In this document: piece by piece, positions 50,862 to 62,737 of the stretch
Numbering within the stretch: position 1 is the stretch's first letter
Layout of the letters: every line of letters starts with the position of its first letter
DNA from: an uncultured Acidimicrobiia bacterium
Lineage (GTDB): Bacteria; Actinomycetota; Acidimicrobiia; Spongiisociales; JAENVV01
Direction: 5' to 3'
Length of the DNA stretch: 64,000 nt
Assembly: GCA_965366365.1 (NCBI GenBank)
Contig: CBDUEV010000007.1
Span: 774-64,773 of the forward strand
The notes under the pieces: generated by a model
The model's input: only the letters and a program-made list of their open reading frames with translations
The model's database searches: none
Told to the model about the DNA's origin: nothing
Position numbers and translations under genes: made by a program

Positions 50862-51950
50862 TTACTCTTCCTCTTCACTGTCGGCGGGTGGTGTTTCTTC
50901 GGCTGCCTCGGGAGCTTCTGGCGCCTCGGGAGTCGCTTCCGGCGTCTCGGCCACGTCCGGCGTCTCGGTCGATTCCGGCGTCTCGGCCGATTCCGGCGCA
51001 GCGGCAGTCGCTTCCGGAGTGTCGGTGACGGGCGTGTCGGTAGCGTCCGGGGTGTCGGTCGTCAGATCGTCGGTGGCATCTTCGCTCGCCACGGCGAGTT
51101 CTTCGTCGTACTCGGACTTGCCTTCGTCGGGGGCGGGCTTGCGCTTGCCGCCACCAGCCTCGATGAGACGCTTGCCGCCACCGGCTTCGATGAGACGAGG
51201 GGTCGTCTTCTCTCCCCCGGCTGCGTGCTCGGCCCGGGCTTTGGCGGGGGCTACCCGTCCGCGGCTGGGACCGCCGCTGGCCAGGGCGGCCTCGGCTGCG
51301 ATCTTCTCACGCGTGGCCTTCAGCGACGTGACGACGTCACCCTTGTAGACCCAGACTTTGACGCCGATGGCTCCGACCGTGGTCCGCGCCGTGGCGGTGC
51401 CGTAGTCGATGTCCGCCCGAAGGGTGTGCAGAGGAACTCGGCCCTCTCGATACCACTCACGGCGGCCCATGTCGGACCCGCCCAAGCGACCCTTGCACTC
51501 GACGCGGACGCCTTCTGCCCCGGCCTTCATGGCCGTTTGGACCGCTCGCTTCATCGCACGGCGGAAGGCGATGCGATTGGCGATCTGGTCGGCGATGCCG
51601 CGGGCGAGGAGCCGGGCATCGGTCTCGGCGTCCTTGATTTCGTTGACGTTCAACTTCACCTGGCGGCCGGTCAGTTTCTCGAGACCGGCCCGCAGCCGTT
51701 CGGCCTCGGCGCCCTTGCGACCGATGACGACGCCGGGACGGGCCGTGTAGAGCTCGATCTCGACTCGACCGCGGCTCCGTTCGAGCTCGATCCTCGAGAC
51801 GGCGCCCCTCTGGAGTTCGCCGTCCAGGTAGTCACGGATCTTCCAGTCTTCGTTGACGAGCTGGGTGTATTCCTTGTCGCTGTACCAGCGCGATTTCCAG
51901 TCGTTGACGATGCCGAGTCGGAATGCGTAGGGATGTGTTTTCTGACCCAT
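50862..51950 (-). CDS. rpsC: 30S ribosomal protein S3 with a roughly 155-aa low-complexity C-terminal extension
   Basis: [23 protein letters not shown]..., KH domain, core ending near [11 protein letters not shown] (about residue 206). A basic then acidic T/P/E-rich tail follows to residue 362. Confidence 0.95.
   Translation of the reverse strand: MGQKTHPYAFRLGIVNDWKSRWYSDKEYTQLVNEDWKIRDYLDGELQRGAVSRIELERSRGRVEIELYTARPGVVIGRKGAEAERLRAGLEKLTGRQVKLNVNEIKDAETDARLLARGIADQIANRIAFRRAMKRAVQTAMKAGAEGVRVECKGRLGGSDMGRREWYREGRVPLHTLRADIDYGTATARTTVGAIGVKVWVYKGDVVTSLKATREKIAAEAALASGGPSRGRVAPAKARAEHAAGGEKTTPRLIEAGGGKRLIEAGGGKRKPAPDEGKSEYDEELAVASEDATDDLTTDTPDATDTPVTDTPEATAAAPESAETPESTETPDVAETPEATPEAPEAPEAAEETPPADSEEEE
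51144..51197. repeat. 27-nt tandem duplication (25/27 identical) inside the S3 tail, encoding RLIEAGGGK x2
   Basis: cttgccgccaccagcctcgatgagacg / cttgccgccaccggcttcgatgagacg read from the sequence. Confidence 0.85.
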
Positions 51951-51953
51951 TGT

Positions 51954-52295
51954 CTACGCCTCCTCGACGTTCGATACGACGACCGTGATGTGGCTCGTTC
52001 GCTTGTGGATCGGTGTGGCCCGACCCCGGGCACGGGGACGGAACCGCTTCAGCGTCGGGCCTTCGTCGGCGAACGCCTCGGAGATGATGAGCTCCGAGGA
52101 ATCGAATCCGAAGTTCTCGTCGGCGTTGGCCACCGCGGAGCGGAGCACCTTGTAGACGGGCTCGGTGGCTCGGCGCTCACCGAAGCGAAGCAACGTGAGG
52201 GCGTCGTCGACCGGAAGGCCACGCACCTGATCGAGCACGGCTCGCACCTTCTGCGGTGATTGACGAATGTATTTGGCTTGCGCTTTGGCTTTCAT
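51954..52295 (-). CDS. rplV: 50S ribosomal protein L22
   Basis: [20 protein letters not shown]... Confidence 0.95.
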   Translation of the reverse strand: MKAKAQAKYIRQSPQKVRAVLDQVRGLPVDDALTLLRFGERRATEPVYKVLRSAVANADENFGFDSSELIISEAFADEGPTLKRFRPRARGRATPIHKRTSHITVVVSNVEEA

Positions 52296-52570
52296 CGCTT
52301 TCTCGCGCCTCGATCGCCGGCGTGACCCCGGAAGGTCCTGGTGGGAGCGAACTCGCCGAGCTTGTGCCCGACCATCGACTCCGTGATGTACACCGGTACG
52401 TGCTTGCGGCCATCATGGACGGCAATCGTGTGACCCACCATCTCAGGGAAGATGGTCGAACGCCGGCTCCATGTGCGGATCACCCGCTTCTCGCCGGATG
52501 CGTTCAACGCCTCCACCTTGTCCATGAGGTGGTCATCGACGAATGGGCCTTTCTTGAGGCTTCTCGCCAT
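52292..52570 (-). CDS. rpsS: 30S ribosomal protein S19
   Basis: [15 protein letters not shown]...[13 protein letters not shown]. Confidence 0.96.
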   Translation of the reverse strand: MARSLKKGPFVDDHLMDKVEALNASGEKRVIRTWSRRSTIFPEMVGHTIAVHDGRKHVPVYITESMVGHKLGEFAPTRTFRGHAGDRGARKR

Positions 52571-52574
52571 GGTC

Positions 52575-53408
52575 TTACCTCCGACCCTTCTTCGCCCGAC
52601 GCCGGACGATGTCCTTGTTGCTGGCCTTCTTCTTCTTACGCGTGCGAGCCTCAGGCTTGCCCCACGGGCTCACGGGGTGACGGCCACCCGAACTCTTACC
52701 TTCGCCACCACCATGGGGGTGGTCGACGGGGTTCATGGCCACACCACGCGACTGGGGGCGAACACCCTTCCAGCGGTTCCGGCCTGCCTTGCCGATCTTG
52801 ATCAGCTCGGCCTCGGTGTTGCCGACCTGACCGACGGTCGCCCGACAGTCCAGAGGCACGTTCCGCATCTCACCCGACGGAAGCCGAAGCAGAGCCTTCT
52901 CGCCCTCCTTCGACATCAGCTGCACCGCCACGCCGGCGGCTCGAGCGATCTTGGCTCCACCGCCAGGTCGCATTTCGACCGCGTGGATCACGGTACCGCC
53001 GGGGATGTTGCGCAACGGAAGGGAGTTTCCGGGCCGGATGTCTGCCTTGGAACCGGATTCGAGCATGTCGCCGACCTTCACCCCGAGCGGGGCGAGGATG
53101 TAGCGCTTCTCTCCGTCGACGTAATGGAGCAGGGCGATTCGGGCGTTCCGGTTGGGGTCGTATTCGACGGCGGCGACCTTGGCGGGAATGCCGTCCTTGG
53201 TGCGCCGGAAGTCGATCACCCGGTAGCGGCGTTTGTGGCCGCCGCCGCGGTGGCGACTCGTGATACGGCCGTCATTGTTGCGGCCTGCGGTCGCCGACTT
53301 CTTGTCGAGGAGGGACTTCTCCGGCTTCTTCTTCGAGAGCTCGGAGAAGTCGGATACGGTCTGGAACCGACGTCCTGGCGAAGTGGGTTTGAGCTTTTTC
53401 ACTGGCAT
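52575..53408 (-). CDS. rplB: 50S ribosomal protein L2
   Basis: [16 protein letters not shown]..., [21 protein letters not shown]. Start moved to ATG 53408. Confidence 0.96.
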   Translation of the reverse strand: MPVKKLKPTSPGRRFQTVSDFSELSKKKPEKSLLDKKSATAGRNNDGRITSRHRGGGHKRRYRVIDFRRTKDGIPAKVAAVEYDPNRNARIALLHYVDGEKRYILAPLGVKVGDMLESGSKADIRPGNSLPLRNIPGGTVIHAVEMRPGGGAKIARAAGVAVQLMSKEGEKALLRLPSGEMRNVPLDCRATVGQVGNTEAELIKIGKAGRNRWKGVRPQSRGVAMNPVDHPHGGGEGKSSGGRHPVSPWGKPEARTRKKKKASNKDIVRRRAKKGRR

Positions 53409-53412
53409 GACG

Positions 53413-53700
53413 TCACACTCCAAAGATGTCGATAGTGTCGCCAGTGGCGAGCTTGACGTAGGCGCGCTTGGTGTCGCGGCGTTTGCCCTTGGTGAGGTAG
53501 GTGCCCTTCACCTTGCCTGGACGGTTCGCCGTGTTCACCGATTCGACCTTCACACCGAAGATCGACTTGACGGCTTCTTTGATCTCCGTCTTGTTGGCCC
53601 TGGGGTCGACCAGAAACACGTAGGTGTTGGCCTCCTCGATGAGGGCATAGGACTTCTCCGAGACCACAGGCTCGAAAATGATGTCGCGAGGGTCTTTCAT
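53413..53700 (-). CDS. rplW: 50S ribosomal protein L23
   Basis: [12 protein letters not shown]...[16 protein letters not shown]. Confidence 0.95.
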   Translation of the reverse strand: MKDPRDIIFEPVVSEKSYALIEEANTYVFLVDPRANKTEIKEAVKSIFGVKVESVNTANRPGKVKGTYLTKGKRRDTKRAYVKLATGDTIDIFGV

Positions 53701-54386
53701 TCTTCCTCTCCCGCGTGATCGGTGTCGCGGACGAAATCGTCGCTCGAGACTCCGTACGAGCCGGCCCCTGCGGCGGCGCCGACGGTGTCGCCCGTGAAGA
53801 CGACCCGGTCTGCCCAGAGCACGTCGTAGGGGGTGACCCGTCCCGGCCGGGCGAGCACAACTTCTTCGATGTTTCGGAAGGAGCGTTCTGCGATGGCGTC
53901 ACTGGAGCTCAGCACGACCAGGGTCTTGCGACCGTTGGCCTCCATGGCCGACAGGAGCTTGGTGGCCTGCTTGGTCTTGGGGGTCGACCAATCGAAGGAC
54001 TCCACCACCATGACCGCTTGCTCCGAGGCGCGGGCGGAGAGTGCGCTTCGCAACGCGAGACGCTTCATCTTCTTGGGGGTGCGCTGCGCATAGCTGCGGG
54101 GCTTGGGCCCGTGGGCGACACCGCCTCCTGCCCAGATCGGGGAACGGCTGGAGCCGTGCCGAGCACGACCGAGGCCCTTTTGGCGCCACGGCTTGCGGCC
54201 ACCGCCGCGCACTTCCGAGCGCGTCTTGGTGGATGCAGAGCCAACCCGAGCCGCGGCCAGCTGAGCCGTGATCACCTGGTGGAGCACGTTGAGGTTGGGC
54301 TCGATGCCGAAGACCTCGGGATCGAGATCGACCGTGCCCTTTTGCTTCCCGTCCGCCGTGAACAACGCTGCTTTGAGATCAGCCAC
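53697..54386 (-). CDS. rplD: 50S ribosomal protein L4
   Basis: [23 protein letters not shown]... Confidence 0.95.
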   Translation of the reverse strand: MADLKAALFTADGKQKGTVDLDPEVFGIEPNLNVLHQVITAQLAAARVGSASTKTRSEVRGGGRKPWRQKGLGRARHGSSRSPIWAGGGVAHGPKPRSYAQRTPKKMKRLALRSALSARASEQAVMVVESFDWSTPKTKQATKLLSAMEANGRKTLVVLSSSDAIAERSFRNIEEVVLARPGRVTPYDVLWADRVVFTGDTVGAAAGAGSYGVSSDDFVRDTDHAGEEE

Positions 54387-55017
54387 GAGCCTTCACCGCC
54401 TCTCGCACGGCCACGACCGCGCCTTTGGGACCGGGTACTGCGCCCCCGAGAAGTAGCAAGCCGCGCTCTGCGTCGACTTCCACGACCTCGAGATTCAGAA
54501 TGGTGGTTCGCTCTCCACCCATCTGGCCCGCCATCTTCTTGCCCTTGAACACCCGGGCGGGAGTCGCACAGGCCCCGATAGCGCCTGGCGCACGGTGCAC
54601 CCGGTGTGCTCCGTGGCTGGCCGGCTGCCCTTTGAAATTGTGGCGCTTCATGACGCCCTGAAAGCCTTTGCCCTTCGAAATGGCCGAGACGTCGGCCTTC
54701 TGGCCCTTTTCGAGTACGTCGGCGATGGTCAGTTCCTGACCGACCTCGAAACCCGAGACGTCGTCGACACGGAATTCCACGAGGTGACGCATGGGCGGCA
54801 CGCCGGCCTTGTCGAAATGTCCCTGGGTCGGCTTGTTCGCCTTGCCTGCGCGAAGCTCCTTATAGGAGATCTGCACGGCGCTGTAGCCGTCCTTCTCGGG
54901 CGTCTTGATCTGCGTGATTCGGCAAGGTCCGGCCTTGATGACCGTCACGGGGATCGCCCGCGACTCGTCGTCGAAGACCTGGGTCATGCCCAGCTTCTCT
55001 CCGAGGATCGTTTTCAC
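54379..55017 (-). CDS. rplC: 50S ribosomal protein L3
   Basis: [13 protein letters not shown]..., [13 protein letters not shown]. Confidence 0.96.
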   Translation of the reverse strand: MKTILGEKLGMTQVFDDESRAIPVTVIKAGPCRITQIKTPEKDGYSAVQISYKELRAGKANKPTQGHFDKAGVPPMRHLVEFRVDDVSGFEVGQELTIADVLEKGQKADVSAISKGKGFQGVMKRHNFKGQPASHGAHRVHRAPGAIGACATPARVFKGKKMAGQMGGERTTILNLEVVEVDAERGLLLLGGAVPGPKGAVVAVREAVKARG

Positions 55018-55331
55018 AGCTTGATCTCCACTTCCACACCTGCGGGCAGATCGAGGCGCATCAGGGAATCGACCGTCTTGGGGGTCGGTTCGAGGATGTC
55101 GATGAGGCGCTTGTGGATCCTGAGCTCGTAGTGCTCACGGGAGGCCTTGTCGACGTGCGGGCCGCGAATGACGCAGTAGCGATGGATCTTCGTGGGCAGC
55201 GGAATCGGGCCCTTGATCTTCGCCTGGGTGCGGATCACCGTCTCGGCGATCTTGCGGGCCGACTCGTCGACGACCTCGTGGTCGTACGCCTTGAGCCGGA
55301 TGCGGATCTTTTGATCGTTCTCTTCTGCCAC
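55014..55331 (-). CDS. rpsJ: 30S ribosomal protein S10
   Basis: [10 protein letters not shown]...THKRLIDI-like [13 protein letters not shown] start. Confidence 0.95.
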   Translation of the reverse strand: MAEENDQKIRIRLKAYDHEVVDESARKIAETVIRTQAKIKGPIPLPTKIHRYCVIRGPHVDKASREHYELRIHKRLIDILEPTPKTVDSLMRLDLPAGVEVEIKL

Positions 55332-55523
55332 GCTGGGTCCTGTCTGTCTCGACGTTCAGGCAGGCGGGGCAGCAGGCCGTGGGAGGGCCACTGATCCGAC
55401 CACCTGGTGAGCGGTCCCCGGACACGGTCGTGCCGGGTACATCACGGGTTTGGTCGCGGTCACAGGGCACAAGGGTGCCCCTACGAATACTTCTTGGAAT
55501 CGCCGGCGGAAGCCGACCCCGGG

Positions 55524-55552
55524 AGTGTATTGCATGAGCCTCCGGGATGCAA
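55524..55552 (-). promoter_or_regulatory. Candidate sigma-70-type promoter of the S10 operon: TTGCAT-17 nt-TACACT
   Basis: The minus strand reads ttgcat cccggaggctcatgcaa tacact. This would give a roughly 185-nt leader before rpsJ. By-eye match only. Confidence 0.4.
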
Positions 55553-55716
55553 AATCTCGCCGGCGAAGGACTCCCCCGATCCGCCGTTGATGCGCTGGGG
55601 CTTCGGGTATCTCCTGCCACCGGTTGGCTCCTGGTGTCCGCGGCTCGCACACCCAGGGCGCCTATCGCCTCATCGGCTTCGGAATCTGTCTCACTCGGTT
55701 GATTCGATACGAACAT

Positions 55717-56886
55717 ATGTTCGATACACCCATCCGACTGCTCCTCGACAAAGCCACCGAAGTGGCGGCGGCAGAAGTGTTGGACCTGGTTCGGTCCGAT
55801 GACCTCACCGCCGGGTATGTGGCCTTGCGCAGAACGATCGATCGACTCGAAGCCGAGGCCCAGCGCCGCCTGGCCGCCATCGATCAGCGCGTCGCCTACT
55901 CCGAGCACGGGTACACGTCGCCCACGGCGTTTGTGAAACACACCACCAGAACCACCGGCGGCAAGGCTCGCCAGGCGGTCGTGGCCGCCCGCGGCGCCCG
56001 ACACATGCCGCTTGCCACCAAACTGCACGAGGCCGGAGAGATCGGCCCTGACCAGCTCCGTGTCCTTCGGTACGCCTACGAGACCCAACTCGACGCCTAC
56101 CCGGAGGCCGAGCCCATGCTGTGCGACCTGGCCCGCCAGCTCGAGTGGGTGGCGGATCTGCGGAGAGCAGTCGAGTACTGGAGCCAGGCGGTGGCGGAGC
56201 CTCCGGCAGCTGATGGCCGCTACGCGCGCCGCTACCTCTACGCCTCCCGCACTCTCGACGGCATGGTCAAAGTCGACGCCCTCTTCGACCCAGAGGGAGG
56301 CGAGATCGTGCTGGACAGGCTGCTCGCCGCCACGCCACCAGTTGCCGATGGCGATGCCCGAACCCCGGCCCAGAGACGAGCGGACGCACTCATCGATCTC
56401 ATCAACGGCGGACCAGGAGGCGAGCCCGGCGCCGGGTACCGGGCGAACCGCGCCCATCTCCAAGTCCACGTCTCCTACGGAACCCTCCGCGACCTCTCGC
56501 CCAGCCTGTCAGAGACCACTTCAGGCCACGTCCTCACCCCTCGAGCCATCCGTCGCATTTCCTGCGACGCTTCGATCAACCGGATCGTCTTCGGACCCGA
56601 CAGCGAACCCCTCGAGATGGGACGCCGGGTCCGCATGCCGCCGGAGCCACTCCGCCGGGCCGTCGTGGCCCGGGACCGGCACTGCCAATTCTCCGGATGC
56701 GACCGCCCGCATTGGTGGTGCGACGTCCACCATGTCGACCATTGGGCCGACGGCGGCACGACGAACCTCGACAACCTCCGCTTGTACTGTCGCCATCATC
56801 ATCGCCTCCTCCACGAAGGCGCATGGAAACCCAACAGATCGCCGAGAGGGCCAAAGAGAGCGGCACGCACGGGTGACCCTCCATAG
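55717..56886 (+). CDS. DUF222-domain HNH endonuclease (13E12-repeat-family-like)
   Basis: N-terminal DUF222-like helical region. The C-terminus has DRHCQFSGCDRP...CDVHHVDHWADGGTTNLDNLRLYCRHHHRLLH (HNH). Start at MFDTPI (ATG 55717). Confidence 0.8.
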   Translation: MFDTPIRLLLDKATEVAAAEVLDLVRSDDLTAGYVALRRTIDRLEAEAQRRLAAIDQRVAYSEHGYTSPTAFVKHTTRTTGGKARQAVVAARGARHMPLATKLHEAGEIGPDQLRVLRYAYETQLDAYPEAEPMLCDLARQLEWVADLRRAVEYWSQAVAEPPAADGRYARRYLYASRTLDGMVKVDALFDPEGGEIVLDRLLAATPPVADGDARTPAQRRADALIDLINGGPGGEPGAGYRANRAHLQVHVSYGTLRDLSPSLSETTSGHVLTPRAIRRISCDASINRIVFGPDSEPLEMGRRVRMPPEPLRRAVVARDRHCQFSGCDRPHWWCDVHHVDHWADGGTTNLDNLRLYCRHHHRLLHEGAWKPNRSPRGPKRAARTGDPP

Positions 56887-56911
56887 CGAGCCCGAAGATC
56901 GCCTCGGAGCA

Positions 56912-58078
56912 TCAGGTCTCTGCCGGTAGCGGGAGACGGGTCTCGAGGAACTCGGTGATCGCGGCAACCACGGCGCGGGTACGGGGCGAGTGGATGGCGT
57001 CGAAGGCGTGTTGGCCGCCGGCCACCTCGAGGTACTCCACCACGGAATTCGAGACGGCCTCGAGGTGGGTGACGAACTGGCGCGCTTCATGCGGAGGGAC
57101 CAATGAGTCGCGGGCTCCATGGACCACCAAGAACCCAGGGGCAGCGGAGTGGACCTGGTCGAGCGGTGAAGCCAACCGATACGCCTCCGGCGCCTCCGCC
57201 GGAGTGGCTTTCATCACCGCCTTCGGGATGACCGGCCAGTCGTGGCGGGTCTGGTTCCGGTTGACGAAGTCGTAGACCCCGTACATCGGGACACACCCGG
57301 CCACCGAGGTATCGACGTCCTCGAATCCGGGCTGCAGCTCCCGGTTGGCGGCCGTCAGTGCCGCCAGGGAGGCCAGATGTCCCCCGGCCGAACCACCGGA
57401 CAGGACCATCCGGGCCGGGTCGACGCCCCACTCGGTGCCCTTCCCTTTCGCCCACGCCACGGCCCGCTTCACCGCCACCAGGTGCTCCGGGAAGGTGGCT
57501 CGAGGAGAGAGCGGGTAGCGGATCGTCAACACCACCCAACCGCGGCCGGCCAAGTGGTGCATCATCGTCCTCGCCTGCCGATGGGGATCACCCCCCGTCC
57601 ATCCACCCCCGTGGACGTAGACCAGGGTGGGAGAAGGCGAGCCGTCGTGTTCGGTCCGCCGCAGAATGTCGAGGGTGAGATCGTCCGTATACGGAATCCG
57701 GCGATCCACGGCGATCGCTCGGGGCAACCGGGGTCCGGTCAGGTCCCACCAGGGGCCACCCACACGCCGTCCCGCCTCCACGCCGGCGTGAAGACGATTC
57801 ACCGTCCGCCAGGTCTGGAGGAGAAGCACCACCAACCCCACCACGGATGCTCCCCACAACCAGGCACCCAACCGTCCGATGTTGCCCGACCAGCCGCCCA
57901 GTTGGAAGAACACCCAACCGAACACCAATCGAATCGGCAGGAGGATCACAGCATGCTCCCCCACGATCATGGCCATGAGCCACCAGCCAGGGATGGGCGA
58001 GCGAGGATTCGGCCGGCGCAGGGCATTGACCGTCACCAGCAGCGCGACCAACCCGTAGAGGTAGAAGAGCACCGACAT
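56912..58078 (-). CDS. Membrane-anchored alpha/beta hydrolase (HSL/family-IV esterase type)
   Basis: N-terminal TM helices, HGGGW oxyanion motif, GGSAGGHL nucleophile elbow. Start at MSVLFYL (ATG 58078). Confidence 0.75.
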   Translation of the reverse strand: MSVLFYLYGLVALLVTVNALRRPNPRSPIPGWWLMAMIVGEHAVILLPIRLVFGWVFFQLGGWSGNIGRLGAWLWGASVVGLVVLLLQTWRTVNRLHAGVEAGRRVGGPWWDLTGPRLPRAIAVDRRIPYTDDLTLDILRRTEHDGSPSPTLVYVHGGGWTGGDPHRQARTMMHHLAGRGWVVLTIRYPLSPRATFPEHLVAVKRAVAWAKGKGTEWGVDPARMVLSGGSAGGHLASLAALTAANRELQPGFEDVDTSVAGCVPMYGVYDFVNRNQTRHDWPVIPKAVMKATPAEAPEAYRLASPLDQVHSAAPGFLVVHGARDSLVPPHEARQFVTHLEAVSNSVVEYLEVAGGQHAFDAIHSPRTRAVVAAITEFLETRLPLPAET

Positions 58079-58157
58079 CTCGCCAGTCTCCCATGCCCGA
58101 CCGACAAGCTGGAGCAGCTGCGGCGGACGGCAAGCCGCGCCCGGCCGCGTGTCCTGC

Positions 58158-58640
58158 CTACGCCCAGACCATCTCGCCGTCGGGGTCCAGCGTCCCGGTG
58201 GGGACCAGCCCGAGGGCCGTCGCCACCTTTGCCGATACAGCGTGGGAGGGATGGATGTGAGCCGTGAACCGTCGAACCCCCTGCCCACTCAACCATGCGC
58301 ACATCGCCAGGGCCGCCTCCGTGGCGTAGCCGTTTCGCTGCCACGGGACCCCCACGAGCCAGGCCACATCGGCTGCCTCGTCGGTCACGGTCGCCTGGAC
58401 CTGACCGATGGCACCGCCCCCGAGACGAATGATCCAGTTGTGCCAGACCTCGTCATGACGCGGTGCACCGGATGCCTGGAACGCGTACCGGTCGGTGAGC
58501 TGCTCCAGCGTCGGAGGGGCCCCTCCCGTGAAGGAATAGAGCGCCGGGTCGGCCAGCACCGACACCATGTCGACCGCCGCGGACGGGTCGAGCGGTGTCA
58601 AGGCGAGCCGGCTCGATTCGATTGGAGCTGTCGACACCAT
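58158..58640 (-). CDS. GNAT-family N-acetyltransferase (RimJ/RimL-like)
   Basis: ESSRLALTPL..., VGVPWQRNGYATEAALAMCAWL. Start ambiguous (ATG 58640 or 58661, ORF extends to 58712). Confidence 0.65.
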   Translation of the reverse strand: MVSTAPIESSRLALTPLDPSAAVDMVSVLADPALYSFTGGAPPTLEQLTDRYAFQASGAPRHDEVWHNWIIRLGGGAIGQVQATVTDEAADVAWLVGVPWQRNGYATEAALAMCAWLSGQGVRRFTAHIHPSHAVSAKVATALGLVPTGTLDPDGEMVWA

Positions 58641-58710
58641 CGCGACCACCCTTCCAGTCATTCCGCATCCTACGGGCGTCTCGTCGGACCGGCGGCCCGG
58701 TGAGCAAGAC

Positions 58711-58741
58711 AAAAGGCCCGGTCGCCATGACCGGGCCTTTT
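58711..58741 (-). terminator. Rho-independent terminator after tuf: AAAAGGCCCGGTC-gccat-GACCGGGCCTTTT
   Basis: 13-bp stem with a U-tract on the minus-strand transcript, 48 nt past the tuf stop. Confidence 0.75.
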
Positions 58742-58769
58742 GCTGGATCTCAACCCGTCGAACGGGTCC

Positions 58770-58807
58770 TTAGGTGACGTTCTTGGGGTTAGGTGACGAT
58801 CTTGGTG
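58770..58807. repeat. 19-nt tandem imperfect duplication (17/19) of the tuf 3' terminus including its stop codon
   Basis: ttaggtgacgttcttgggg (58770..58788) versus ttaggtgacgatcttggtg (58789..58807). On the coding strand this is AAG AAC GTC ACC TAA downstream of the real AAG ATC GTC ACC TAA. Confidence 0.8.
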
Positions 58808-59976
58808 ACTCGTCCGGCGCCGACCGTCCGGCCACCCTCACGAATAGCGAACCGCTGACCCTCCGTCATGGCAATCGGCGCGATCAACTGCACCGTCATC
58901 TCCGTGTTATCACCCGGCATCACCATCTCGGTGCCCGCCGGCAACGTCACCGAACCCGTCACATCCGTCGTCCGGAAATAAAACTGCGGCCGATACCCAG
59001 AGAAGAACGGATTATGCCGACCCCCCTCATCACGACTCAAAATATACACAGAAGCCTCAAACTCGGTATGAGGCGTAATCGAACCAGGCTTCGCCAACAC
59101 CTGACCCCGCTCCACATCATCCTTACCCGTACCCCGCAACAACACCCCCACATTGTCACCAGCACGACCCTCATCCAACAACTTCCGGAACATCTCAATC
59201 CCCGTCGCCACCGTCTTGGACGTCGGACGAATCCCAACGATCTCAACCTCTTCGTTGACCTTCAAAATCCCCTGCTCAACACGACCCGTCACCACCGTCC
59301 CACGACCCGTAATCGAAAACACATCCTCAATCGGCATCAAAAACGGCTTCTCCGTATCACGCTCCGGCTCAACCACATACGAATCGACCTGCTCCATCAA
59401 CTCCATGATCTGCTCAGCCGCCGCCTCATCGCCCTCCAACGCCTTCAACGCAGAACCACGCACCACCGGCAAATCATCACCCGGGAACTCATACTCCGAC
59501 AACAGCTCCCGAACCTCCAACTCCACAAGGTCCAACAACTCCTCATCATCCACCATGTCAACCTTGTTCAAAAACACCACAATCGACGGCACACCCACCT
59601 GACGCGCCAACACCACATGCTCACGCGTCTGCGGCATCGGACCATCCGCAGCCGACACCACCAAAATCGCCCCATCAATCTGAGCAGCACCCGTAATCAT
59701 GTTCTTGATGTAATCCGCATGCCCCGGCATATCCACATGCGCATAATGCCGATTCGCCGTCTCATACTCCACATGAGAAATCGAAATCGTGATCCCACGC
59801 TCCCGCTCCTCAGGCGCCTTATCAATATTGTCAAACGACGTAAACGCATTCCCCTCAACACGCTCCGACAACACCTTCGTAATCGCCGCCGTCAACGTCG
59901 TCTTCCCATGATCAATATGACCCATCGTCCCAATATTCACATGCGGCTTCGACCGCTCAAACTTTGCCTTGGCCAT
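58789..59976 (-). CDS. tuf: Elongation factor Tu
   Basis: [32 protein letters not shown]..., [18 protein letters not shown] overlaps the fusA stop 12 nt upstream. Confidence 0.98.
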   Translation of the reverse strand: MAKAKFERSKPHVNIGTMGHIDHGKTTLTAAITKVLSERVEGNAFTSFDNIDKAPEERERGITISISHVEYETANRHYAHVDMPGHADYIKNMITGAAQIDGAILVVSAADGPMPQTREHVVLARQVGVPSIVVFLNKVDMVDDEELLDLVELEVRELLSEYEFPGDDLPVVRGSALKALEGDEAAAEQIMELMEQVDSYVVEPERDTEKPFLMPIEDVFSITGRGTVVTGRVEQGILKVNEEVEIVGIRPTSKTVATGIEMFRKLLDEGRAGDNVGVLLRGTGKDDVERGQVLAKPGSITPHTEFEASVYILSRDEGGRHNPFFSGYRPQFYFRTTDVTGSVTLPAGTEMVMPGDNTEMTVQLIAPIAMTEGQRFAIREGGRTVGAGRVTKIVT

Positions 59977-59988
59977 GGTGGTTGCCTC

Positions 59989-62091
<2,103 letters not shown>

Positions 62092-62266
62092 CCTTCTTCG
62101 TTTCTCTCTTCGGTCCTAGTGGACTCCGTCTGGGCTCAGAAGCCTGGGAGGGCGTCCGGAGCGAGTGGGTTCGGGCAGCTGTGCTGGATACGGCCGGCCG
62201 GCCGAGACCTTCCGGGTGCGCCGCCGCCGACGGGTCTCCGGAGAGCCCTCTCGGACGACGTGACCG

Positions 62267-62737
62267 CTACCAGCGGTAGTGGGCGAAAGCCTTGTTCGAC
62301 TCGGCCATCTTGTGAATGTCTTCCCTGCGCTTGATCGCCGCGCCGGTGCGGTTGCTTGCGTCGAGGATCTCGTTGGCCAACCTCTCCGACATGGCGTTTT
62401 CCTTGCGCTTCCGGGCGAAGTCGACCAGCCACCGAATGGCGAGGGTGTTGGAGCGGCGGGGGGCCACCTCCACGGGGACCTGATAGGTCGAACCACCGAC
62501 GCGGCGAGACTTCACCTCGACCGACGGACGGAGGTTGTCGATAGCCCGCTTGAGGACAACCGACGGATCCTGACCGCTCCGGCGCTCGACGATCTCGAGG
62601 GCGCCGTACACGATGGAACGTGACTTCTCTTTCTTGCCATGGAGCAAGACCTTGTTCGTCACCTGGCTCACGAGAACCGACCGATAGACCGGATCGGGTT
62701 CGACCTTACGTTTCTGGGCTGGGCCGCGACGAGACAT
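62267..62737 (-). CDS. rpsG: 30S ribosomal protein S7
   Basis: [18 protein letters not shown]...AFAHYRW. 156 aa with start ATG at 62737. Confidence 0.96.
   Translation of the reverse strand: MSRRGPAQKRKVEPDPVYRSVLVSQVTNKVLLHGKKEKSRSIVYGALEIVERRSGQDPSVVLKRAIDNLRPSVEVKSRRVGGSTYQVPVEVAPRRSNTLAIRWLVDFARKRKENAMSERLANEILDASNRTGAAIKRREDIHKMAESNKAFAHYRW

Noticed and set aside
55135-56469. 444-aa minus-strand ORF bridging the S10 leader and the HNH gene, which could have implied an upstream extension of the S10 operon
   Set aside because: It is antisense to the well-supported HNH CDS, has low-complexity translation and contains no recognisable domain.
55717-56886. DUF222-HNH gene considered as a bona fide mobile element or homing endonuclease insertion
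   Set aside because: I found no terminal inverted repeats, no target-site duplication, no intein or intron context, and no transposase or integrase. It is kept as a CDS and a context finding only.
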